The translations under genes were made by a program, and so were the position numbers. Under the pieces are notes generated by a model, which had not been told where the DNA came from, did not search any database, and was given only the letters and a program-made list of their open reading frames with translations. A stretch of DNA of 63,208 nucleotides, the filler included, from Choristocarpus tenellus KU-1152 (lineage: Eukaryota > Protista > Phaeophyceae): assembly GCA_964200185.2 (NCBI GenBank). It is 9 parts of 9 records of this genome, joined end to end, with 100 filler letters (N's around TTAATTAATTAA, not from the genome) between each part and the next. Parts side by side here need not be neighbours in the genome. Positions count along the whole stretch, not along the records: positions 1 to 10,129 come from CAXNAD020003136.1; positions 10,230 to 25,889 come from CAXNAD020000953.1; 7 more parts are not named here. The stretch is one strand, 5' to 3'. This document shows positions 1-11,400 of this stretch, piece by piece; within the stretch, counting starts at the first letter, position 1, and each line of letters opens with the position of its first letter.

Positions 1-3000
1 CAGTCAATTTTGGTTCAAGCCCATCCTCAATGAAAAGCTCCATCCTCAATTTTCGAAATCTGCTGTTATGTGCAGCAGGCACATCTCCAAGCAGCTCTTT
101 GTGTAATTATCAGTATCACCCAGCACTTTGTCAGACAACTAGCAAAATAAGAAGCTGAACCTTCCTTCACCAGGCAAAGCAAAGCTCCCTCCACAGAAGT
201 CAGGACGCCACCTACTTTCAGAACTCGTGCCACAACTCTCTGGGAGGGCAAAGTCTCTTTAGTTGCTGCATGTCAGACAGCATTGTTGATTTATGTTCCT
301 GTGGTCAAGGTGTCCCTCCTGCTGTGGTTTTTTTTGGTGGGTCATGAGATAGATGTGCACACTCGATTTGTTCCTCTTTGTCCACCTGTTGCCATCCATG
401 CTACCAACTGCACTTAAGTAAAGCACAAGGAAATTGTGTTACGGTTAGGCAAGTACTAATCAGACAGAAAAAAAGTTATACTCTCACCAACAACATAGCA
501 TTCCAGCAACTACAGATGTATCCCCTTCAACAGGAAATAGCCCTAATAATAATGTGCTGACCTGTCCTGCACTCCACTGCAGGAGTACAACCACACTACG
601 AACAAAATCTCCCTCGGATTAGATGCCTCTAGCACCTTTGGAATCACTTCCCCAGGCAGTGGCATCATTATTATTATCAGCAGATAGCTCTTGTTGTGCT
701 TGAACAAATTGCAGAGAAAAAATTAGATTCCATGATGGTATAATAGTCAAGAATGGTGCCAAGGTGTATCCCAAACTGTATTATTTGATCACATGCAGCA
801 CAGTTCAGGGTAGGGAGGACTAAACAACAGGGGGTAGAACTATCAAACGTGATGTGAATAGATTACTGATTTGCTTTATAGAATGATAAGACTATGAAGT
901 GCAATATCATGGTCAAGTGTCATTTGAGGCAATAATTAGCCTTTGTCATGCATTTAATGAAGTTTCTGTTTGATTCAGTTGGGAAATTGATAGATAGAAG
1001 GAGCAAGACACACCTCATAGTTCACTTCTCTCAATATAGACTGTTGACTATGGCATCCAATATAATATTCGCGGAGATTATGCATACATGTACGTCTATG
1101 AGAGGATTGACACTATACTACACACAGTTGAAACAATATCATTCATAACTATTTACACTCGATGGCAATAATAAAAATATGGAAAGTGGAAGAATTCAAA
1201 CTTAGCTTCACTTATGCTATTAGCTGCGTACAGTAGAGTACTTGATGAGCCTTAAAAACATACCAAGTAGTACAATATTGAGCCAAATCAATTGAAAGGT
1301 GGGCAGAATTGGACCATTTGCAATCTAAGTCAACTTTCTTACCCCATGCAATGCACCACTATTTATTACTTCATGTGCACTACAGTGTACACAAAATTGG
1401 TATTCCCTTGCCTATAGACAGTGACATCACAATTCAGCAAAGACTTTGCATCTGTAAAAAATTACGTGCTTTTGTGCTTTCTCGGGTCCCTTTAAATGCA
1501 ACTCTTCCAAACTATCAATAAGTTTAACACTACGTGTTGCTGATGGAGTTTTCTGAGCTATTATCTGTGTGTAACAAGGAGGGTAACATTAACTAAATAC
1601 ATCTATAAATAGTATCCTAGAGGGAGGTGCAGCTGAGTGTGAGGGGGAGCTGTGACTGCCTTCTGAAACATGTACTTTTAGCACTCTCGAACCCGATTTT
1701 GGACTTCTGGGACCAAACATTCATCTCCTACTCTAGGGATCAATATTCACAGTCTCCTGATCAGGGTTTATTCACATCTTTAGGATGGCAATCAAACTGT
1801 CACGGAGAAGATTTCACAAGACCCTTGATATGTAACAGTTAAAACGACCTAAATAAAACCTTACGAAATTACATTATCATGTAATAGATTGTATGGTTTA
1901 GATGACAGCAATTTTTGGTAACCAATGCACGGACGCAGATGAACAGGGACATTTAGATAAGATTTCAAGAATAGATATAAATGACCGAAGTACTGTTGTC
2001 TATACATGTGTTAATATGAATCTTAATTCAGCCCAACTCCATACTAATCTTGTTCTATATGCACATTAACATTCAGCTGATGATGTAACAAGTAAATGCA
2101 TAATCCAAAAGCTGAACACACTAGCAATTGAATATTACTTTAAAACTTGCTAACCACTTTTGAGTACTAAACAAAGGGAATTTATCCTCTCCATCACATA
2201 CACCAACCACCGTACTTTGTCATTAGCAATGTAGTGAACATGGTAAACTACCCTGCAATATTGACAAATAAAACATGAGCACAGTCCGCCTACAATGATC
2301 CTTCAAAAAATAGCTAAACTTGCAGATAGAGTAGATTCCAATACACATGGGTAGACTACTAACCATATGCACGAAACCTTTCAGCCCTCTTATCTTCCAT
2401 TAATATCCCGAAGAATCATCTCCAACACCCAGTCCACTCCAAAAGCATAAGCACAGAATTTTACCAGAGGGATAACTCATAGCATTTGGGTGAAGTGTCT
2501 TACCAAAATTGCAAAGGACAAACAGTACCTGACAGCTCAAGTGAAGGACAATGAGAAGCGCAAGGTACCTTGAAGGCCAAGGAAGAGGAAATGTACTAAT
2601 TTTTATACCACAGACTAGATTAAAAAAGAATGTGTTGATTATTTTTGTGTCAGTATGACAAAACACTCCTGCACACTAGATGGTTTAAAACAGAACACAT
2701 AATACATCAAGATTGACATGTTCTCCACAGAAATCCAACTCACACAAAGACCCTGAAGCTAGATCGTATGTCCTCCTAAACCTTGTACCAGGCCCACTCA
2801 AGGACTCAAAAACCAGAGGTGTCACCTTTGCAACATGGTTTAGCTGAGGGAAAAACTTAAAACATCAAAATCTGTTGTGGGTACTCTATCCTACCAAGAT
2901 ATCAACCACACGTACCACTGAGAGGCAGCAGAACCTGGTTACGATCATATAAAAACAAGAGTTCCTTTAATCTAGATAACATACCAAAATTTGACCACTT

Positions 3001-3051
3001 TCTGATTTTGAATCAGCCTCACTATTGAAGTGGAACTAGATGAGGCAGCTG

Positions 3052-4788
3052 TCAATAAACAAGCTCTTCCTTCACCATCTGATCACACGAAAACGCCAAC
3101 TGCATGGGGTTACTGGAATTTAGTTCAGATCCGAGAAGGGAGAGGAAACCGTCATCATCCTCTCCTGTCAAAAGGTTGAACAGCAAATCATCACAAGAAT
3201 CATCCTCCTCACCACTCGTAAGCGAAGAATCAGTTACTGATGCACTTTCAAATGCTTCATCCACAGAAGAAATAGAGTCTTCAACAGTCATGACATCAAC
3301 CTCTTCTCCCTCGCGCTTCACAAGATTCAATGCTGGGTGGACAGTAGTGGCCTCCTTGGAATTAGATGTATGTGAGGACACAGACAACTTGGAAGGGACA
3401 TGGACAGGGACAAGTGGAGGGACAGGTGTGGTGTCCGAAGAACCAGAGGGGCTGGGATATCGGCCGCAAGTTGCTGTCTCCACAGCAGGGAGACTTATTA
3501 AAGTGGCTATGAAGCACTGCCCCAAGGGGAAGTGAACACTGCCTTAAATGGCTGGTTGAAACCCTCATGCTTGCCCCTACTCTCCTCATCTAAACACCGC
3601 TCTGCGTGTATTTATTAAAATAAAATGAGTGGGCGAGAGGAGAGAAGGGTTCAAGCTAGAAGGCCAAGACCATGCCTGCGAATACTGCTGACTCACTTGA
3701 GTTTATACAACTTGCCATATTGCCGTAACCTCGATCCTTCAAAAGCACCACCTTCGGTGCCCTGTCCATCTCCTCCTTGACTGGTGTCCCTACTACCTCC
3801 TGCTTCATTGATACCCCAGTTGAGCAGGACTTGCCTCGTGGAGGAATACCCTCATACTTGTCCAATCTTCGTCGAAGACCTCTGTTCTCATCCACAAGCT
3901 TGGCGACCTTTTTAACAAGAACGGGTTTACAGACGTTAGAAAACGTTGAAGACGATGGTGGTACGTACCAGTTGGTAGAATCCGTAGCTTCCAATTCATT
4001 TCGCGAACTCAAAATAACACTTAACACATCTTGCAAAAGCACAAACGCTACTTGCATCGAAACGTGTACATTACCTCGCACCATAGAAACACCCCTGCTA
4101 ATTTTGTTTGGACAAATCTTCATTACTGAAACAGAGGATAACCAAATTGTACCAACCTGTTTTTCGAGGTAGTCTATGCGGTCTCGCTTCCGTTTGCGGC
4201 TGAGGGCTGCAGACTCTCGGTTCCTGATCATGCGCTGTTGCTTCTTCCATGTTTGTTCGTCCATACCCTCGCTAGGCCCGGTTCGGGCCTCTGTGACCTC
4301 TGGTTTCGTATCCGCCTCCTGTGATTCACAAATGGATGGTAGCAAAAAGTAAGTCATAATGGACCTCATCCACTTCAACAGCATAATCATGAATGTATAG
4401 AGGAACTAAGAGGTGCTAGGGATGCAGGGACCAACAGTTTTAAAGTGGAGAGTAGCCAGATTGTCAAGGGAACACCATCCATAAACATGGTCCTCACCTC
4501 TTCTTCACTATCTTCGGCACTAGTGTACTCGAGCGACCGCTGCCTCTTAACTGCATTTCGAGCCCGCGTTTCTTTAAGCTTGATCAATCGAGATTTTCGA
4601 CGACTAGCAGACTCTTCTCCAGGGAGTACGGGGAAGGCATCCTGGCAAATCTGAACGTCGTTCAGGTTTTCTCTCACCGCTGCCTGAAAGCTCTGCATCT
4701 CTTGAGGAGGCATTTGCACAACTGGAATACTAATTTCCCGCAGCGCACAGAGGCACAGGGATTTGGCAGGGGGGGTTCCTTCAACGCC
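3052..4788 (-). CDS. bZIP transcription factor (multi-exon; 5' end uncertain)
   Basis: Basic region and zipper KKQQRMIRNRESAALSRKRKRDRIDYLEKQ|VAKLVDENRGLRRRL. Phase-consistent GT-AG exons approx. 4788-4498, 4318-4157, 3907-3697 and 3473-3052; the last junction has alternatives. Ser/Asp/Glu-rich C-terminus. No LOV domain seen, so not called an aureochrome. Confidence 0.85.
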
Positions 4789-5299
4789 CTGAAACTATAT
4801 TTGCTTCAAGTTTAGTGCAAGGTTGAGTTTCACAGCCGACCAAAGATAAGATCAAGCGTTGGTTACGTCGAAAAGGAGTGGACCCCCCAACAGTGAGAAG
4901 CTGTGGAGTGTGCGTCCTGATCCTACACCTGTTCAATTCAAGAACGTATATTCATTACATGTGCAGTGACTGTGACATACACGACATGAACGGAGGTCCA
5001 CCCTCCACTCATGAACCCAACTTGCACTCTTTGATTATTTCTCTTTTATATATTTATCTTGCACATTTCGCACGAGGAGATATTCCGCGCGGGTTGAAAC
5101 CTTTCTTTAAACACTATTAAATATTACACACTCCAACTGATATGAATACTACTAATTAATAATTGCATTGTTATGTACTATCATACTATATTAAATTCTT
5201 CTTCCAGTAGATCAATTATAACTTCTACCCTACTTCAATAGTTGTAGGGTTTGGGGCTTGGAACGAGAAAAAATAAAGAAAAATATTTAGACTTCTCAT

Positions 5300-7000
5300 T
5301 GGTCAACTGATCCAACTCCATCATAAATATACATGTAGTATATTGTACTTCAACATCTCAAAACAAGGTTCACACACTCCCCTTTCATCCCTGTTCAATC
5401 TTATCTGACCATCAACATCCACGAAATTCTCTATGATTGTGACCATCACCATACAAAGTATAAGATCCGTTAAGTGGTGCTCATGCCAGCTGTTCATCCA
5501 GGGAGTGGAGAAGGGACCGGTCATCATACCTCACACGTTAGAGACCATCCAAGTTTACAACGACTCATCCCTCACAAAGAAAGTGAAGAAGATATTACGC
5601 AAGATCAAGATGCAAAACGACTACTCATCAAAAGGTGCTGAGAGTGTAGGAGGGTAATCCTCAATACCCACATTCCTGCTAAACCCTACATGGGAAAGAA
5701 TGACTTTGATGAGTCCTGGAGGAGGAGGAGACGAAGTCAAAATGACTGACGGAAGGTCCTTCATGCAACCCAGAGTTACTACGAGAAGAAAGTCATTTAT
5801 CCCTCCATCTATTGCCCCATCGCACATACGGAAAAGTGTTGGAACTGACCATGCCAGTGAATATGGGTTCTAAGGAACCTGAACGCTGAGACGAGTTGGT
5901 TGCCACTACTGCACAATAATTCGTTAGGCGAACCCCCTTGACCAATACCTTCATGAGGTCCCAGAGCTTCATCAGGAACCCACAGAAGTCATCTTATCTC
6001 ACACCCCACCAAGTAATGTCATTCCTTAAGGTGTTTGTACCATATATAGACCTAGTTGGTCATCAGTTGCTTACCGTTCTTCTCTTTCAACGCGAGGCCC
6101 TCCCTCCTATTATGGGAGTCCAAAGAGTCTCAGCGTAGAAATACAAAGACTTCAATGACAAGGTAGATGTAGGTGAAGCTTGAAACATCCGTAATGTCAA
6201 CTTTTGACAAGGGGTTCCACAACTCTGCGATCATCTCCAGTCGTTCAATTGAGGACCTCGATAATGTTCCTTGTACAGAGCTTAGACTCTTCTAACTTCG
6301 GACCCTTTTTGCCTGGTACACAAACCCTTCAGTTCGAAGTGAAACGTTTCAAATCTCGACTCATCGTGCCCCACTTAGACACAATACCTAAGAATCCATT
6401 CACAGAAGACAGAGAGACGCAGAAGATGTAAGGTGACACCCAAATGAACCTTTACCAGTTGTACGGGGCATAACTGGATATGGACACACCGCAACTACGG
6501 CGTGATGGGCGACTAGCCTTCAGCTCTCACTGGTACGAATATGTCGAGTTTAATTCCTCCACAATGATTTGTGGTTGTTGGGACAAGCTATGGAAATTAA
6601 ATGCCTGTTGATTCGTCAACACCTCACTAACTTGTCAGAAAATTTGTCCCACATCACTCTCAGAAATATGAATTGGTCCAACAGATTGGAATACTCAAAT
6701 GAAGGATTTAAAATATGTGACTTGTGAAGATATGCCCAGATTGCAAAACTCGCATTGTATGACAGGAAAAGCTCATTGGTTTGTCCGAAACCGACTTATA
6801 CGTCACAAATCGGATTTGCCTTGTCTAATGTGTGAGAGAGAATATATCTTACACAGCAGAATGCCGAGTCAGATTAAAGTAGTGGTGTCATTCATTTAGA
6901 CAGTTCGAACCTCTTCAACGTTTGACTTCTTTTCGCGGGAATCTGGTTAGATCGTGCTAGTCCACGTGACAAACGCAAGAGATTGATTGCAATGTTGTAC
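5300..7000 (-). mobile_element. Decayed LTR-retrotransposon (Ty3/Gypsy-like) pol remnant
   Basis: Broken minus-strand fragments such as LLWVPDEA..HEG and RFLRTHIHWHG resemble the integrase zinc-binding region. Many stops and frameshifts; boundaries approximate. Confidence 0.3.
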
Positions 7001-7468
7001 ACCACCTGTGCCTTACCTGTGTACTATCCTGTTTGTGGCTATACCACAAGAACTCCATACCAAGATCGAGGTGGAAACTTGGATCTGATTTGAGGGAGGA
7101 GACAGACTGACAACTGGTGGGAGTACTGAGCCCAACATGCGAGACGGACGACAGGGATAAAGACAGTACGATTACTCTTAGTGTAACTTTTAGGTAGTAG
7201 TTAGAGAAGTAGTGTAGTGTGAGGTGGGTCTGACCACGGGTCCCTCTAGTCTATGCACTAAAGTAACGACAAATAACTAAAAATAAGTAGTATGTGGTGT
7301 GATCATACAAAACGCGGTAATGAGTGGTTCTGAGGGAATGTGGTGAACAACCCTCGAGCCAAATAATTCAGTATTGCGTCGAATCCATCCCCATTGTTCA
7401 AGCTCCGTAATAGGCCCCCAATTCATGCTAGCCTTCAACACACTTAAGCATTACCATCTTTTACTTGA

Positions 7469-7990
7469 GAGCCAAAGTATCTTAGAGGATAGAGTCGCGT
7501 CCATTTGGGGGCCAATATCTAATAATGCTGCGATCTTGATGTGATTTTGGCTATCGTGTTTGTTAGGAAGCGTCAGTATCCTTGTTCCGGACCCACCTTT
7601 TCATAACGTATGCATTTTACCTACTCCGAAATATTTTGGAGTAGGAAAATGTTGTAAGAACCCCAAGGGAAGAGTGAAAGTGTCTTAGAGGGTACGAGTT
7701 TTGCCCTGTTTATCCGTTTGGGACTTGGTTTCCCGTGTTTATTTTTATGACATTTTTCTACTCCAAAATATTTCGGAGTAGGTAAAATGTGTATGTTACG
7801 AAAAGTGTGTCCGGAACAAGGATATTGACACTTCCTAAAAAACACGATAGCCAAAATTACATCGAAATCGCAACAATGGATTTTGACCTCCAAATGGACA
7901 AGGCTCTACCACCTAAGATACTTTGGCTCAAAGTCCAGCCCCAAATGGACAAACATGGCAAAACTCGAACCCTCTAAGATACTTTCACAC
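7469..7990 (+). mobile_element. MITE family B (outer copy, contains nested copy)
   Basis: Termini GAGCCAAAGTATCTTAGAGG ... CCTCTAAGATACTTTCACAC, flanked by a 4-bp direct repeat TTGA. Homologous to copies at 27895, 47552 and 62883. Confidence 0.85.
7672..7929 (-). mobile_element. MITE family B (inner copy, opposite orientation)
   Basis: GAGTGAAAGTGTCTTAGAGGG ... CCTAAGATACTTTGGCTC interrupts the outer copy. The outer sequence resumes (AAGTCCAGCCCCAAATGGAC) as in the uninterrupted copy at 62883-63139. Confidence 0.85.
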
Positions 7991-8085
7991 TTGAAGAGGC
8001 AAAACCGGTTTGGAGCTTTGGGAGGACCATCCTTCACTCAACAGGAATGGCCTCAGAGCGAAACCATACCAAGCTATTGCAACCA

Positions 8086-8266
8086 GGCTCAAAGAATATA
8101 AGGGGGGGGGGGGGGCTCTACACCAGGGTGTCAATTTGGGCCCTGACCAGGAAAAGTGCATTTGCATTATCCATCCGAAACATGTAACCAAATCACCCAA
8201 AAATTGCGATATGGAAAGATCGGGTCCAAATGGACAGTCGCCACCCCCACCCAGATACTTCGAGCC
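8086..8266 (+). mobile_element. MITE family A (~180 bp)
   Basis: TIR GGCTCAAAG..poly-G / poly-C..AGATACTTCGAGCC; internal homology to copies at 23703, 27500, 28514 and 50135. Confidence 0.85.
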
Positions 8267-8269
8267 AAC

Positions 8270-8700
8270 AGTTTACCCAAGACAAGTATGTGGACTGGTT
8301 CGCCTCAACAAAGTCCTACTCACGGACCGAAGGGGACTGCTATGCAGTACTAGAAATGGTAGGCCCAACCTCTTCTCGTAGGTCACTACTCATTCAACAA
8401 ACTGGAGGATGTGAAAGAGGACGACATCATGAAGGCCAGGAAGGGTAATGATGTACTGTTGAGGAGTACAGACGGGTTATACACTGCAATATCGTCAGGC
8501 ATACTGTATCACCCTCAGGTTCGTGGACGCAGCCAAAGGCACACTTTCTGATCCGCTCAGATGAAGAGTTGGGCAGACTGCAAAGAAAGATGGTGACCAT
8601 TCAAAATGTTACAGGGAAGTGATCCCGAGGTGAACTTCACCACCATAACCGACAGGGTTCATCGACTTGTGATGATGGGGCACGTGATATCGGACCAGGC
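8270..8700 (+). mobile_element. Decayed Gypsy-like RNase H remnant
   Basis: KSYSRTEGDCYAVL resembles the Gypsy RNase H motif (NYS.TE.EC.AV). No intact ORF. Confidence 0.3.
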
Positions 8701-10129
8701 TGTCCAAACCTAGATATTAGATTGTTCGAATGATGACTACGTTATCAATGACGTCGAGTCAAAGTAAGCAAGAGGTGCCAGAGTTATATTTTAAGGATGC
8801 TGACAGATGTGAGAAAAAAATTGTCGTTTTTACAAATGCTTACGGGATTTTCCTGAATTATTTCGAAAAGTTTCTTCAAACAATAGAGAAATCAACTCTC
8901 CCAAGTAAAACTTACCATTTAATCCATAGAAATATGGGTGAATTACAAAAGTTTTAAAACTGTCTTAGAATGCAAAACGGCCCAACAACTAAAGATCTCT
9001 TGGTCAATTTGGCTCATTATTGACAACAGCATGGGAAGGAAAGGTGAACCAGAGCAGTGATTGAGGGTGCTTCTCAGTCCAGGTGCTGGGCTATAGAGAG
9101 GGAGGTTGAGGCATGGAAAGAGTAAGGGAATGATCTGCCTGTGAAAAAGCGATTCTATGATTGACATTGCCACAAGGCTGACGGCAGCACCAAGGAGGAG
9201 AGTGTTACACGTGGAAGTGCTGCAAGCAATAGTAGCTGCATATCCAAGGGGGATGTTTTCTTTGCGTCCAAAGAGGTAATAAAACATGGACATGTTACTG
9301 AAGGTGTATATATTGCCTAAACAAGCAATGATTGAAGGTGGAGCTAGAGACTACCAGCTCAACCAAAATAATCTAGAGGAAACCAGCTCAACCAACACGA
9401 TGGATGAGCCATAGAGTTTGACGGGGGGTGATAGTTTTTACGTAAAATACTCAAATATTGTATCTTTTTCTGTAATGTTCATTATCCAGGACAATGTTAG
9501 GGCCGATTAATTTCTCTAACGTCCACTACTATAATAATTTTGGGGAGTTAGTTTCTTTAATATTTCTACTGTTGTCCTCGTGTCGACTGAATCCACTAGC
9601 TCCATAGTATTTGTTGTCAGGGCAACGTTTAGCGCCATTTACCTTGTGATGTCTGTTGTCCAGGAAATACTTGAGTGTGTTTGCAGTATAAAATTTCTTG
9701 CCCAGAGCAACACCCATGGTGGTTTGCTCAATTTTTATAATTATTTTGTGTATTGGTTTGATTTTTTCAAATCGGTGGCGAGAGGTTGCGAAGCAAAGAA
9801 GTGATAAACGGAATACACAAACTCTACAGGAAAAAGAAGAAACACTGCAAAATGGAAAATATATGTCTGCAGCACTTGCTCGTGTCATCTATTGTCTAAC
9901 AAATGCGCAGCTCTATTTGCTCTGTAGTGCCTGTGGTATGCTTGGGGCCAATAGCAGTGAAATGTTTGTCTTGCAGGGCAATGCTTGGTGCTATTAACTC
10001 TGCATTGTCCTCTGCTCAGTCAGCAAACAGTTGAGCCCATATTTTCTTCTGTAATATCTGTTATCCATCAAATGCTTAGAGATGTTTGCTCTTTATTTAT
10101 TTGACCCAAAGTATCTGGGAGGGGGGGGG

Positions 10130-10229
10130 NNNNNNNNNNNNNNNNNNNNNNNNNNNNNNNNNNNNNNNNNNNNTTAATTAATTAANNNNNNNNNNNNNNN
10201 NNNNNNNNNNNNNNNNNNNNNNNNNNNNN
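10130..10229. other. Artificial contig linker
   Basis: 44 N + TTAATTAATTAA (stops in all six frames) + 44 N. Confidence 0.97.
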
Positions 10230-10949
10230 CCCCCCCCCCCCCCCCAGATGCTTTGAGTCAGAGGGAGAGTATGCCAATGGAGATTCATTGTGCCGTTGAA
10301 TCTAACATCCTCATCTATGTCTGACTTTGAGACATTGCAAATGTGATGATGACATGCTTGATGTCGGTGACATTTGATTGCACCCCTTACACTGTAAGTG
10401 AAGGTATGAATGGTTGTGTGGAGGGAGGGGTCAGTGATAGCGAACGCATACTGAAAAGACAGTATTGCACTGGAGGAAGGTTGTCTTGATGACTACACAA
10501 TGCACTATACTGCAATGTTCTCCATTCAAAACAAATGTGAGAGGTACCTTGCAAAAAGAGGAAGGGAAGGATGTCTCCTATCTCACGCATAGACGTATTG
10601 TTTCTATACACCGTTGGAGGATAGGCAGAGGAGGTGTTTTGCAGATTACAGTGCCATTCCACACTAACAATATACGCATAACTCCACTATCTGCCTGACA
10701 CATGACCTCTGAACCACCATGTACTGCAGTTAAGCCCCTGGTGCATGCAGTGTGTTTTTGTTAATCAATTGCTTACCACATCATGACATCATGATTGCCG
10801 GCTGTGCTGCGTAGTAGGGTGGATAGAGTATGGCCACATAGGAGCAAGCTCTGCCAAAGGGCGGGCAAACACACAATAGCAGGAATGGTGCATGGTGATG
10901 GTATGTTAGTGGAGGGGGCACAGAAAGTCTTTGAAGCAGGGCAGTGGAT

Positions 10950-11400
10950 GTTCCTGTGCAAATAGGCCTGATACTGTAGTTATGGGAGTCAAGCACGAGG
11001 AATATCCACTCTCGCCTCCATTGACACCAAGAAACCCTACAGGATGGCTCACAGCAAGTTGAAGTCTGAGCAACGACCCATGTGCTGAGTATTCAATGTA
11101 GGGACTAACGGGTAGACAAATACGTGTTGAAGAAGGGGATGGGACTTCAAAGAGATCCCCCGACTTACCACATCCTGGTTCAGGTCATGAATCTCCATCC
11201 ATCCACCCCCTTGCGGACCAAACAGTCACTGTTCTCTGGATATACGGACTGAGGTTATACCATACCTCGTAGGTCTGATCAACACCAAAGCCTCTGATGT
11301 CATCCACTCTGTCCATGTGACATAGACTGGGACTGTGCCCTTGGTGTGGCCTTGCTTGGCACACAGCTCAGTTGCCACATGTCACCTGACGAATGAAAGG
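10950..11400 (-). mobile_element. Decayed Gypsy-like reverse transcriptase remnant
   Basis: The minus strand near 11190-11215 reads KGVDGWRF, resembling the RT motif KK.DG.WRF(C.D). Heavily broken. Confidence 0.25.

Noticed and set aside
60-2600. Possible minus-strand exons (e.g. ~161-266, ~562-680) of another gene
   Set aside because: I could not build a phase-consistent chain or recognise a domain.
3104-4654. Plus-strand ORFs opposite the bZIP gene
   Set aside because: Antisense shadows with no independent motifs.
10174-10185. TTAATTAATTAA as a biological motif
   Set aside because: It is always centred in an identical N-padded 100-bp block, so it is an assembly spacer.
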